A DNA stretch of 64,000 nt from Candidatus Scatosoma sp. Lineage in GTDB: Bacteria; Bacillota; Clostridia; Christensenellales; Borkfalkiaceae. The notes below the pieces were generated by a model. The model had not been told where the DNA came from. It did no database searches and saw only the letters and a program-made list of their open reading frames with translations. Positions 45,511-54,879 of this stretch are shown here, piece after piece; position 1 is the stretch's first letter; the number at the start of each line of letters is the position of its first letter. The DNA lies in assembly GCA_045644545.1 (NCBI GenBank), contig JAZRHC010000029.1, positions 13,868-77,867 of the forward strand, in the 5' to 3' direction. The position numbers and the translations under genes were made by a program.

Positions 45511-47535
45511 ATGACGGAGAACGGTAACAAGACTCAAACGCAATCGACGGTTCAGCAAGGCGGCGTAGCGACGAAGATCGACGCGCTTTATAACTGGCTT
45601 TCCTTTGATTTGCAAGCGCTGAAAAAGGAGCTTTTAAACGAGCTTAAATATTCTTCGATGCAGTCGGGCGCGTTGTATAAAACGATGCAGGAGGAGGCGG
45701 CGAAGCAGACGAAGGACACCGCTTCGTCCGTTCAGTTGATGGTGCAAGAGCTTAAATACGGCTACAAACAGAATCAGTCCATTTACGATAGCCTTTCCGG
45801 TATTTTAAGCGACGAAGTGATCGCCAAGCTCGACACGACGGAAGGAAAGCTCGCTCTTTTGGAAGAGATCGACAAACAAATTTCCGAAATCAAAGGAAAG
45901 CTCGCTTCCTTCGACGCGCAAGCGTTGGTAGACGATATCCGCGAAAGCGTGATTGCGGGAATTCCTCAGGTAGAGGAAGTAGACTACGATAAGATCGGGG
46001 AAACGGTCGCGGAAAAAGCGGAAGCTTGCGCTTTGGAACATAGCCGTCAGGTACTCGAAGCGGTCGCGGCGATTCCCGTTGCGGAAAATATCGATTATTC
46101 GCGTATCGCGGAAGAAGTTAGCGACAAAGTTCTCGAAATGATGCAGGAAGTCGTCGCGAACGAAGAAAAGCCCGTTATGGCCGAAATTCCCGAAGTGGAC
46201 TACGATAAAATTATTTACGGCGCGGCGGAAAAGGTAGTGGAATCCCTTCCCTATCCCGAAAAAGTCGATTATCGCCGTATCGACGATAATTTCAAGAAAG
46301 CGGCGGAAACCGTCAAGACCGAAGTGAATACCGACGAGATCGTGGAAAAGCTTCTCGCGGCGCTCGATATCAACGCGATTGCAGAGGCGGTTGCGGCTAA
46401 GATCGAAGTTCCTCAGGTAGAAGCGCCCGAAATCGATTACGATAAGCTTTCGGATATGATCGCGGCAAAGATTCCCGCACCCGCGTCCGTGGTAGCGGAA
46501 TCCGCTCCCGTGGATTACGATAAGCTTGCGGAAATGGTTGTGGCAAAGCTTACGCCTTCCGAGGAATCCTGTGAAGTCGTGATCGACGAAGAAGGGGTTA
46601 AGGAGATCGCAAACGGCGTATCCGCGGCGCTCGATATCGATACGATCGCGGCGAAGGTGTCTGAAAAACTTTCCGTTTCCGAGTCCGAACCCGCTTCCTA
46701 TGAGCTTTTGATGGCTGAGGACGACGTTGCGAAAATTGCTTCCCGCGTTGCGGAGCTCGTTCGCGAAGAACTCAAATGCGATGCGGTTTGCGTACCTTGC
46801 GAAAAGGCAGAGGAAGTCGCAGAGCAAGCGGAAGAACCCGTCGAAGAGGTAGCCGAAGTCGAGGAGATCGTGGAAGAGATCGTCGAAACGGTGGAAGAGC
46901 CAGTCGTCGCGGAAGAACCCGTCGAAGAAGTTCGCGAAGAAACCAAGGAAGAAATCGCGGTAGCGATCGCGGAAACCATCGGGGAAGATTCCTACGAAGA
47001 AGTCAACAATCAGCTCGTTGACGCGGAAACGGGGCTCGTGATCCGTTTGAAGAGAAGCTTTACCGCGAAAATGAAACAGAGCGAAAGCGACGTAAAGGAA
47101 TACTACGGAAAAATTAAAAACGCGTTGACCTCTTATAAGAGAATCAATTCCAACGTAAGCTGGCACGGCGACAGATTCAACCTCGGCCGCGACACGATCG
47201 CAAAAATGAACATCTGCGGTAAAACGCTTTGCTTCTATCTCGATTTGAATCCCGAAGATCCCGAATTCAAAACGACGGTTTATCATCAGAAGAACGTCGG
47301 GTCGCAGAAGGCTTACGAAAGCACGCCGTTTATGGTAAAAGTCAAGAGCGAAGCGGCGGTGAAAAAAGCGTTGCGACTCGTAGACGCGCTCGCGCAGAGC
47401 AAGCAAGCGGTGAAGGACGAGAAATTCGAGGAAGTCGATTATAAGAAAGAATTTGCCTACGAAACCACGAAACAGCTTTTAAATCAAGGCTTGATCAAAA
47501 TCACCAAGGAAAAGAAAGTAGAGTTGGATTTCTGA
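45511..47535 (+). CDS. Hypothetical highly acidic repeat protein with a basic C-terminal domain
   Basis: ATG at 45511 follows AGAGG. There are six [VI]DY[DSR][KR][IL] repeats, an E/V low-complexity tract, and a C-terminal segment LVIRLKRSFTAKMKQSE...GKTLCFYLDLNPED...FMVKVKSE. No TM helix or signal peptide seen. Confidence 0.7.
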   Translation: MTENGNKTQTQSTVQQGGVATKIDALYNWLSFDLQALKKELLNELKYSSMQSGALYKTMQEEAAKQTKDTASSVQLMVQELKYGYKQNQSIYDSLSGILSDEVIAKLDTTEGKLALLEEIDKQISEIKGKLASFDAQALVDDIRESVIAGIPQVEEVDYDKIGETVAEKAEACALEHSRQVLEAVAAIPVAENIDYSRIAEEVSDKVLEMMQEVVANEEKPVMAEIPEVDYDKIIYGAAEKVVESLPYPEKVDYRRIDDNFKKAAETVKTEVNTDEIVEKLLAALDINAIAEAVAAKIEVPQVEAPEIDYDKLSDMIAAKIPAPASVVAESAPVDYDKLAEMVVAKLTPSEESCEVVIDEEGVKEIANGVSAALDIDTIAAKVSEKLSVSESEPASYELLMAEDDVAKIASRVAELVREELKCDAVCVPCEKAEEVAEQAEEPVEEVAEVEEIVEEIVETVEEPVVAEEPVEEVREETKEEIAVAIAETIGEDSYEEVNNQLVDAETGLVIRLKRSFTAKMKQSESDVKEYYGKIKNALTSYKRINSNVSWHGDRFNLGRDTIAKMNICGKTLCFYLDLNPEDPEFKTTVYHQKNVGSQKAYESTPFMVKVKSEAAVKKALRLVDALAQSKQAVKDEKFEEVDYKKEFAYETTKQLLNQGLIKITKEKKVELDF

Positions 47536-47651
47536 TCCGCGGCATACATACGAATAATGCGTAAGAGGGCTGATGATTGAAATAATTTTCGGCTCTCTAT
47601 TTTTGAGAAACGCAAAAGGCGGTGAAATTCCGCCAAGGGAGAATTTTATAA

Positions 47652-49553
47652 GTGAACGAAAATAAACAGGAAAAACGCCAAAGACAATCGCACGGCGAGC
47701 ATTCTACGAAAGCGAAGCCTGCGCTCAAAATTCCCAAAAGAAGCTTAGGGAGCGGCACGGGTACTTCGATGAACGCGACGGTAAATCCAAAGAAAAACGC
47801 ACGGACAAGCCGTAACGCAAAAAAAGCTTTCGACGAGTTTGCGGCGCTTGCGCCCAAGAAAACCGCGACGGAAAAACCCGTCCGCAATATCCGTAAGAAA
47901 AAGGCGGTTAAAATCCTTTTCCTCGGCGGCGTCGGGGAGATCGGGAAAAATATTACGGCGATCGAATACGGCAACGATATCGTGATTATCGACGCGGGAA
48001 TGACCTTCCCCAACAACGAGGATATGCCGGGGATCGATTCCGTCGTACCCGACGTGACGTATCTGGCGCAGAATAAAGACAAGGTGCGGGGCGTTTTGCT
48101 CACGCACGGACACGAAGACCATATCGGCGGGCTTGCTTATTTGTTGAAAGAACTCAACCCTACCACGCCCGTGTTCGGAACGAAGCTCACGCTGATGCTT
48201 GCGGATAACAAATTGCAAGAGCACCATATTCAAAATATCGCGCAACGCGTCGTCGTGGCAGGAGAGAGGATTAAGCTCGGGGCATTTGAAGTTGAATTTA
48301 TCAACGTGAACCATTCAATCTCGGGCGCGTGCGCGCTTGCGATCAGAACGCCTTACGGGCTGATTTATCACAGCGGGGATTTCAAGATCGACTTGACCCC
48401 CGTGGCGGGCGACGCGATCGATTTAAAGCGGATTGCCGAGCTTGGAAAAGAAGGCGTGCTTTTGTATATGGCGGAATCGACGAATATAGAAAGGCAAGGC
48501 TACACGATGAGCGAAACGGTCGTCGGAACGACGCTCGACCACCTTTTTTCCGAGAATATGAATCGTCGGCTGATTATTGCCACCTTTGCTTCCAACGTGC
48601 ACAGATTGCAACAGATTATCGATCTTGCGGTTAAATACAGAAGAAAAGTCGCGCTTTCGGGGCGCAGTATGTTCAAGGTCGTGGAAGCGGCGGTGAAGAT
48701 CGGCGAGCTTAAAATCCCCGAAGGGGTGTTGATCGATATCGAACAGACGAAAAACCTTTTCGACGGCGAGCTTTTGATCGTTTCTACGGGTACGCAAGGC
48801 GAGCCTATGAGCGCGCTTACTCGTATGGCGGCAGGGGAGTTCAATAAAGTTACGGTCGGCGAAAACGACACGATCATTATTTCCGCAACGCCGATCCCGG
48901 GCAACGAAAAAATGGTTTACCGCGTGATCAACAACCTTTATAAAAAGGGCGCGCGGGTAGTTTACGAAAGCCTTGAAAAAATTCACGTTTCGGGTCACGC
49001 TTGTCAGGAAGAACATAAGATTTTACACAATCTTTTAAAGCCTAAATTTTTCATTCCCGTGCACGGCGAATATCGGCATTTAAAACGCCACGCGCAGCTT
49101 GCCGAGTCGCTCGGTATGCCTTCGCAAAATATCTTGATCACGGAGATCGGAAACTGCGTGGAGCTTACCGATTCGAACATTCGGCTCGGCGAAAATATTC
49201 CCGCGGGCACGCGGCTCGTTGACGGCGAAGGAATCGAGGATTACGGCACGAGCGAAGTGATGAAGGACAGACTGAAAATGTCCTCGGAAGGCGCGATCAC
49301 GGTCGCGATTGCCGTCACGGGCAACTACGTGATCAACGATCCCGTGGTGGAATCGCACGGCTTCACCTACGCGGGCCGTATCGGCACGGACGAGGAAATG
49401 AAATACGTGGTGCAAAAAGCCGTAGAAAGCTATAACTACGAAAACGGCAACAAACCCGAACTCGTGGCGTGCATCAAACGAGCCTTGAAAAATTATATTT
49501 TCAAAAGAACCAAGCAATCCCCGCTGATCGTGGTGGCGATTCTCGACGTATAA
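47652..49553 (+). CDS. rnj: Ribonuclease J with an N-terminal basic extension of about 80 aa
   Basis: Motifs GGVGEIGKNITAIEY and LLTHGHEDHIGG, plus beta-CASP and C-terminal domains. GTG at 47652 immediately follows an in-frame TAA. Confidence 0.9.
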   Translation: MNENKQEKRQRQSHGEHSTKAKPALKIPKRSLGSGTGTSMNATVNPKKNARTSRNAKKAFDEFAALAPKKTATEKPVRNIRKKKAVKILFLGGVGEIGKNITAIEYGNDIVIIDAGMTFPNNEDMPGIDSVVPDVTYLAQNKDKVRGVLLTHGHEDHIGGLAYLLKELNPTTPVFGTKLTLMLADNKLQEHHIQNIAQRVVVAGERIKLGAFEVEFINVNHSISGACALAIRTPYGLIYHSGDFKIDLTPVAGDAIDLKRIAELGKEGVLLYMAESTNIERQGYTMSETVVGTTLDHLFSENMNRRLIIATFASNVHRLQQIIDLAVKYRRKVALSGRSMFKVVEAAVKIGELKIPEGVLIDIEQTKNLFDGELLIVSTGTQGEPMSALTRMAAGEFNKVTVGENDTIIISATPIPGNEKMVYRVINNLYKKGARVVYESLEKIHVSGHACQEEHKILHNLLKPKFFIPVHGEYRHLKRHAQLAESLGMPSQNILITEIGNCVELTDSNIRLGENIPAGTRLVDGEGIEDYGTSEVMKDRLKMSSEGAITVAIAVTGNYVINDPVVESHGFTYAGRIGTDEEMKYVVQKAVESYNYENGNKPELVACIKRALKNYIFKRTKQSPLIVVAILDV

Positions 49554-49566
49554 CGGAATTTTACGA

Positions 49567-50199
49567 ATGAAATACACGGCGTCCTTAGTACAACTTCATA
49601 TCGACGAGCGAATCGCCGCATTGAGAGCGAACGCGTTGCGCCGTGAAATTCCCGTTGCCGACGACGAAACCTTGCAATATCTTTTATTGACGGTTACGGC
49701 TTTACAGCCGAAACGAATTTTGGAAATCGGCACGGCGGTCGGGCTTTCGGGCGCGGCGATGCTTCGCGCTTGTCCGCAGGCGAAGCTCACGACGATCGAG
49801 CTTGAAGAGGAGCGCTACGAAGAGGCGAAACGCAATTTTATAGACCTCGGCGTATCCGAACGCGTGACGGCGCATCTTGGCGACGCGGGCGAGATCCTTG
49901 CAATGATGGACGGCGAATTCGATTTCGTGTTTTTGGACGGACCGAAAGCGCAGTACGAAAAATATCTGTTCGATTTAAAGCGGCTTATGAAAAAGGGCGG
50001 AGTACTTTTTGCCGACGACGTGTTATTATACGGCTGGGTCAGCGGCGAAGAACCGACTCCGCAAAAACGCCGCTCGATCGTGGATAAGATTCGTTCTTAT
50101 CTTCAAGCGGTCACGACGGATAAAGAGCTTTTGACCTCCGTTCTCGATATCGGCGACGGGGTCGCGATTTCCGTCTATTTGGGAGAGAAAAACGACTAA
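49567..50199 (+). CDS. Class I SAM-dependent O-methyltransferase (YrrM/TrmR-like)
   Basis: Motifs ILEIGTAVGLSGAAML, FDFVFLDGPKAQY and VLFADDVL (O-methyltransferase family 3 pattern). Confidence 0.75.
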   Translation: MKYTASLVQLHIDERIAALRANALRREIPVADDETLQYLLLTVTALQPKRILEIGTAVGLSGAAMLRACPQAKLTTIELEEERYEEAKRNFIDLGVSERVTAHLGDAGEILAMMDGEFDFVFLDGPKAQYEKYLFDLKRLMKKGGVLFADDVLLYGWVSGEEPTPQKRRSIVDKIRSYLQAVTTDKELLTSVLDIGDGVAISVYLGEKND

Positions 50200-50217
50200 G
50201 GATAAAACGATAAAACG

Positions 50218-51414
50218 ATGAAGGTGGAACTTTTAGCCCCTGCGGGGAACTATGAAAAATTGAAAACCGCGCTGTATTTCGGCGCGGACGCAGTTTACGT
50301 GGGCGGAAAAAATTTCTCCTTGCGTTCTTTTGCGGATAATTTCACGGCGGAAGAGCTTTCTTCTGCCGTTTCCCTTGCAAAATCCCAAGGCAAAAAAGTT
50401 TACGTCACGGCGAATATCTTCGCAAAAAACGCCGATTTCGGCGCGCTTTCGGAGTATCTTGTCTATTTGGAAAGTATCGGGGCGAACGCCGCGATTATCA
50501 GCGATCCCGGCGTTATCTATCTTGCCAAAAAGGTCGCGCCCAAGCTTGAATTGCATCTTTCCACGCAGGCGAACACGACCAACCGCTACGCCGTAAAGTT
50601 TTGGCAGGAACAAGGCGTTTCGCGTATCGTGCTCGCGCGGGAGCTTTCCATAAAAGAAATTTCCGAAATTCACGATTTCGCGCCTGAAATGGAGCTGGAA
50701 GCTTTCGTGCACGGCGCGATGTGTATTTCGTATAGCGGGAGATGCCTATTATCCGATTATCTCGACGGCAGGTCGTCTAATCGCGGCGCGTGCGTGCAGT
50801 CTTGCCGTTGGCGCTACGAAGTGCGCGCGCTCAACGCCACGAACGGAAAAAGCGAATGGCTACCGATCGAAGAGGACGAACGGGGTACGTTTATTTTCAA
50901 CAGCAAAGATTTAAATATGCTCGCGCGGCTTCAAGAGCTTGAAAAAGCAGGCGTAAATTCCTTTAAAATCGAAGGGAGAATGAAGAGCGGATATTATCTC
51001 GCCACGGTAATCAACGCGTATAAAAGGGCGCTTCAAGGCGAAGATTTCGCGGTTTCGGAAGCCGAGCTTTTAAACGTCGCCCACCGCGATTATACGGAAG
51101 CCTACGCGTTTGGGAAAAATTCCGAAACGGTGAATTATTCGGATAGCCAGTCCAAGGGCGAATATACCTATATCGCCGACGTTAAAGGAAGCGAAAACGG
51201 TTATATATATGCGCAAATGCGCAACCGATTCAAAAAAGGCGACCTTCTCGAAGTACTTTCCCCGAGCGAGAATTTCGGAAAGACCTTCGTTGCGGAAACG
51301 ATCTACGATTCGAGCGGCGAAAAAACGGAGGATGGTAAGCTCGTGTGCGAAACGTATAAAATCGCGTGCCCCTACGCGCTTTCCGAGGGCGATTATCTTC
51401 GCAGAAAAAATTGA
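50218..51414 (+). CDS. Peptidase U32 family protein (YrrN/YrrO/TrhP-like)
   Basis: MKVELLAPAGNYEKLKTALYFGADAVYVGG and EAFVHGAMCISYSGRCLLS are typical of the U32 family. Confidence 0.8.
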   Translation: MKVELLAPAGNYEKLKTALYFGADAVYVGGKNFSLRSFADNFTAEELSSAVSLAKSQGKKVYVTANIFAKNADFGALSEYLVYLESIGANAAIISDPGVIYLAKKVAPKLELHLSTQANTTNRYAVKFWQEQGVSRIVLARELSIKEISEIHDFAPEMELEAFVHGAMCISYSGRCLLSDYLDGRSSNRGACVQSCRWRYEVRALNATNGKSEWLPIEEDERGTFIFNSKDLNMLARLQELEKAGVNSFKIEGRMKSGYYLATVINAYKRALQGEDFAVSEAELLNVAHRDYTEAYAFGKNSETVNYSDSQSKGEYTYIADVKGSENGYIYAQMRNRFKKGDLLEVLSPSENFGKTFVAETIYDSSGEKTEDGKLVCETYKIACPYALSEGDYLRRKN

Positions 51415-51458
51415 TTGTAAACGCTTAAAAATGGGAATGATATATTCGGAGGATATCA

Positions 51459-52451
51459 ATGAAAAAAATCTTATTGATCGCAACGGGCGGCACGATCGCT
51501 TCGCGACAAGGTGAAAACGGCTTAAAGCCGGATATTTCCTCGGGCGGGCTCTTGGACTGCGTGCCCGAGATTCACGAATATTGCGAGGCGGATTCCGTGC
51601 AGATTTATAATATCGACAGCACGAATATCACGCCCGAGCATTGGATCAAGCTCGCGAGCGTTATTAAGGAAAATTATGAAAACTACGACGGGTTCGTGGT
51701 TTGCCACGGCACGGACACGATGGCGTATACGGCGGCAATGCTTTCGTATATGATCCAGCATTCCCCCAAACCCATCGTTTTGACGGGTTCGCAACAGCCT
51801 ATCGACGAGGAAGATACCGACGGAAGGATCAACCTTCGCGACAGTTTTTTATACGCCGCTTCAAACGAAGCCGCGGACGTGACGATCGTCTTTCAAGGCA
51901 AAATTATCGCGGGCACGCGCGCGAAAAAGATCAGAACTAAAAGCTATAACGCGTTCGAAAGCGTGGATTTTCCCGTGCTCGGCAGAATCCGCGACGGAAG
52001 AATTATTTCCTATATCAAAACGCCGAAAGCCGTCGCGCCCGAATTTTATTTAAATTTAAACAGAAAAGTCGGATTGTTGACGCTCACGCCCGGTATGGAC
52101 GGAAGCATTTTAGACGCGTATTTTAAGCTTTACGACGCGGTCGTTATGTCGGGCTACGGCGCGGGCGGCATACCCGAAGGAGAGTACTACGGCTTTTACG
52201 AAATCCTTGAACAATGGAAAGGGAAGGGCAAAACGCTCGCCGTAACCACGCAGGTACAGCACGAGGGTAGCGATATGAGCGTTTATCAGGTCGGCAGAGG
52301 GCTTAAAAAGCGTTTCGACCTGCTCGAAAGCTATTCGATGACTTACGAGAGCATTATCACCAAGCTTATGTGGGCGCTTGCCCTTGAAAAAGACGAGGCG
52401 GAAATCAAAAAGCTGTTTTATAAAAATATCAATTACGATTTGATCGGCTGA
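51459..52451 (+). CDS. ansA: Type I L-asparaginase
   Basis: Motifs LLIATGGTIAS and VVCHGTDTMAYTAA. Confidence 0.85.
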   Translation: MKKILLIATGGTIASRQGENGLKPDISSGGLLDCVPEIHEYCEADSVQIYNIDSTNITPEHWIKLASVIKENYENYDGFVVCHGTDTMAYTAAMLSYMIQHSPKPIVLTGSQQPIDEEDTDGRINLRDSFLYAASNEAADVTIVFQGKIIAGTRAKKIRTKSYNAFESVDFPVLGRIRDGRIISYIKTPKAVAPEFYLNLNRKVGLLTLTPGMDGSILDAYFKLYDAVVMSGYGAGGIPEGEYYGFYEILEQWKGKGKTLAVTTQVQHEGSDMSVYQVGRGLKKRFDLLESYSMTYESIITKLMWALALEKDEAEIKKLFYKNINYDLIG

Positions 52452-52486
52452 TTAGCCGTAAAAATAAATACAACGGAGCTAAAACT

Positions 52487-53713
52487 ATGAGAAAAACGCA
52501 ATTGCAAAGATACGCAAAGCTTCTTGCCCGCACGGGTTTGAATATAAAAAAAGGGCAGACCGTGTTTATCGCGGCGGGGCTCGATCAGCCCGAATTCGTC
52601 ACGATGGTCGTAGAGGAATGTTATAAAGCGGGCGCGAGCGAAGTGTTCGTGGAATGGAGTCACCAGCCCGCCGAAAAGCTTTCGGCTACCTACCGTTCGT
52701 TGGAGTCCTTATCCGAGCTCAAACCTTGGGCAAAATCAAAATGGGAATATAAAGCGAAAAATTATTCCTGTCGGCTGTATATAGAATCGGAAGATCCCGA
52801 CGGTATGAACGGGGTCGATCAAGAAAAAATGAGTCAGGCGCGTCGCGCGCTTTTCCCGCAGATCAAGCCTTTCCGCGTAGCGCTTGAAAACAAGCATCAA
52901 TGGTGTATTGCCGCCGTGCCCGGCAAGGCTTGGGCGAAAAAGGTGTTCCCGCACCTTTCCGAAAAGAAAGCCGTCGAGGAAATGTGGAAGGTGATCTTAT
53001 ATACCTCCCGCGCCGACGGGAAAAATCCGATCATGGCTTGGAAGGCGCATAACGACGATCTTTCCGCGCACTCTCGCTATCTCAACGATCTGGGGCTTCA
53101 ATATCTGGAAATCAAAAGTCCGAACGGCACGGATTTAAAAGTGGAGTTGCTCCCCGACGGGATCTTCTGCGGCGGCAAAGAAAAGACCTTAAAGGGCAGA
53201 ATCTTCAATCCGAATATCCCGAGCGAGGAAGTCTTTACCTCTCCCAAAGCGGGCGCGGCGGAAGGGATCGTGTATTCGTCCAAGCCGCTTTCGTATATGG
53301 GCGAAGTGATCGACGAATTTTCCGTGCGTTTTGAAAACGGTAAGGTCGTAGAAGTAAAGGCAAAGCAGGGTGAAGAGCTGTTAAAGAAAATGGTTTCTAT
53401 GGACGAAGGCGCGGGCAAGCTCGGCGAGGTCGCTTTGATTCCCTACGATTCTCCGATCAGTCAATCGGGCGTGCTCTTTTATAACACGCTGTTCGACGAA
53501 AACGCAAGCTGTCATCTCGCGCTCGGGCACGGCTTCAACGAGTGCTTAAAGGGCTATGAAAACTACACGGACGAAGAATGCAAAGCCCGCGGTATCAACG
53601 ACAGTATGATTCACGTCGATTTTATGATCGGCACGAAGGATACGTCGATCGTCGGCGTAACGAAAGGCGGCGAACGCGTTCAGATATTCAAAGACGGAAA
53701 TTGGGCGTTTTGA
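52487..53713 (+). CDS. Aminopeptidase, M29 (AmpS/PepS) family
   Basis: N-terminus LQRYAKLLARTGLNIKKGQTVFI and the C-terminal NASCHLALG / MIHVDFMIG pattern. Confidence 0.75.
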   Translation: MRKTQLQRYAKLLARTGLNIKKGQTVFIAAGLDQPEFVTMVVEECYKAGASEVFVEWSHQPAEKLSATYRSLESLSELKPWAKSKWEYKAKNYSCRLYIESEDPDGMNGVDQEKMSQARRALFPQIKPFRVALENKHQWCIAAVPGKAWAKKVFPHLSEKKAVEEMWKVILYTSRADGKNPIMAWKAHNDDLSAHSRYLNDLGLQYLEIKSPNGTDLKVELLPDGIFCGGKEKTLKGRIFNPNIPSEEVFTSPKAGAAEGIVYSSKPLSYMGEVIDEFSVRFENGKVVEVKAKQGEELLKKMVSMDEGAGKLGEVALIPYDSPISQSGVLFYNTLFDENASCHLALGHGFNECLKGYENYTDEECKARGINDSMIHVDFMIGTKDTSIVGVTKGGERVQIFKDGNWAF

Positions 53714-53766
53714 TTTAAAAAAATTGCGGTATAAATACTATAAAGAAAAAACGAAAGAGGTAATCT

Positions 53767-54858
53767 ATGACGAAAATCGATATTTTTTCGGGGTTTTTAG
53801 GCGCGGGAAAAACGACGCTCATTAAAAAACTTATTAAAGAAGCTTACGTCGGCGAAAAGCTCGTGCTGATCGAAAACGAATTCGGAGAAATCGGAATCGA
53901 CGGCGGATTTTTGGAAGAAGCGGGGATGAATATCACCGAAATGAATTCGGGTTGTATTTGCTGTTCGCTCGTCGGGGATTTTTCGGCTGCTTTGAAAAAG
54001 GTCGCGGCAGAATATGCTCCCGACCGTATCGTGATCGAACCGTCGGGCGTGGGAAAGCTCAGCGACGTGATCAAAGCGGTTTCCCAAGCAGGGCTCGAAA
54101 ACGCCGAGCTGAACGCGTTTTGCGCCGTCGTTGACGCAGGAAAATGCAAAACATATTTAAAAAATTTCGGCGAGTTTTTCGCCGATCAGGTGGAGAATGC
54201 AAGCTGTATCGTGCTTTCGCATACGCAAAAGACTTCCGAAGAAAAGCTCGCCGTTGCGGTAGAGCTTCTCAAAGAAAAGAATCCCACGGCTATGCTCGTC
54301 ACGGCAGACTGGAACGATTTGTGCGGTAAAGAAATTCTTGCGGCTATGGAGCGTAAAAATTCTTTACAATCGGAGATGGAAAGTTTGGAACACGAAGTGC
54401 ATCACGAGCATCACCACCATCACGACCACGACGGGGAATGTTGTTGTCACGAGCATCACGAGCATCATCACCACGACCACGACGAGGAATGTTGTTGCCA
54501 CGAACACCACGAGCATCATCACCACGACCACGACGAGGAATGTTGTTGTCACGAGCACCACGAGCATCACCACCATCACCACGCGGACGAAGTGTTCACG
54601 AGCTGGGGCTTGGAAACCACGCGCAAATTCACGAAAGAGAAAATTCTTTCCGCGCTGGAAGCGTTGCAAAACGAAGAGAAGTACGGCACGGTGCTTCGCG
54701 CAAAGGGTATCGTGGCGGGGGAAAACGGTTGGTTGCATTTCGACTACGTACCCTGCGAGCCCGACGTGAGAGAAGGAAACGCGATCGTCACGGGCAGACT
54801 GTGCGTGATCGGTTGCAAGCTCAACGAAAAAGAACTCGAAACGCTTTTTAATGCGTAA
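53767..54858 (+). CDS. COG0523 (CobW/G3E family) GTPase metallochaperone with a His/Cys-rich repeat insert
   Basis: Walker A is GFLGAGKTTL. Also has ENEFGEIGIDG, the CxCC motif GCICCS, and IEPSGV. A 60-aa H/C/D/E insert is followed by a CobW_C-like tail LRAKGIV...WLHFDYV. Confidence 0.85.
   Translation: MTKIDIFSGFLGAGKTTLIKKLIKEAYVGEKLVLIENEFGEIGIDGGFLEEAGMNITEMNSGCICCSLVGDFSAALKKVAAEYAPDRIVIEPSGVGKLSDVIKAVSQAGLENAELNAFCAVVDAGKCKTYLKNFGEFFADQVENASCIVLSHTQKTSEEKLAVAVELLKEKNPTAMLVTADWNDLCGKEILAAMERKNSLQSEMESLEHEVHHEHHHHHDHDGECCCHEHHEHHHHDHDEECCCHEHHEHHHHDHDEECCCHEHHEHHHHHHADEVFTSWGLETTRKFTKEKILSALEALQNEEKYGTVLRAKGIVAGENGWLHFDYVPCEPDVREGNAIVTGRLCVIGCKLNEKELETLFNA
54403..54588 (+). repeat. In-frame tandem repeat of 51-bp units, about 3 copies, encoding ECCCHEHHEHHHHDHDE
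   Basis: Units start at 54436, 54487 and 54538 (gaatgttgttgtcacgagcatcacgagcatcatcaccacgaccacgacgag). They differ by a few synonymous or His-codon changes. Related partial units flank them. Confidence 0.9.
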
Positions 54859-54879
54859 ACTTTTAAAGAGGAAAAAGTT

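Noticed and set aside
45805-47406. 533-aa ORF on the minus strand, the longest antisense ORF in the window
   Set aside because: It lies antisense to the acidic repeat gene. It is open only because the sense strand is dominated by GAA/GAG/GTN/GCN codons, whose complements lack stops. The product is F/R/L-rich low complexity with no RBS or promoter.
53714-53766. Looked for a Zur/Fur-type palindrome upstream of the COG0523 gene
   Set aside because: No inverted repeat of the TAAATCGTAATnATTACGATTTA type is visible, and the spacer is only 53 nt. Regulation by zinc therefore cannot be claimed from this sequence.
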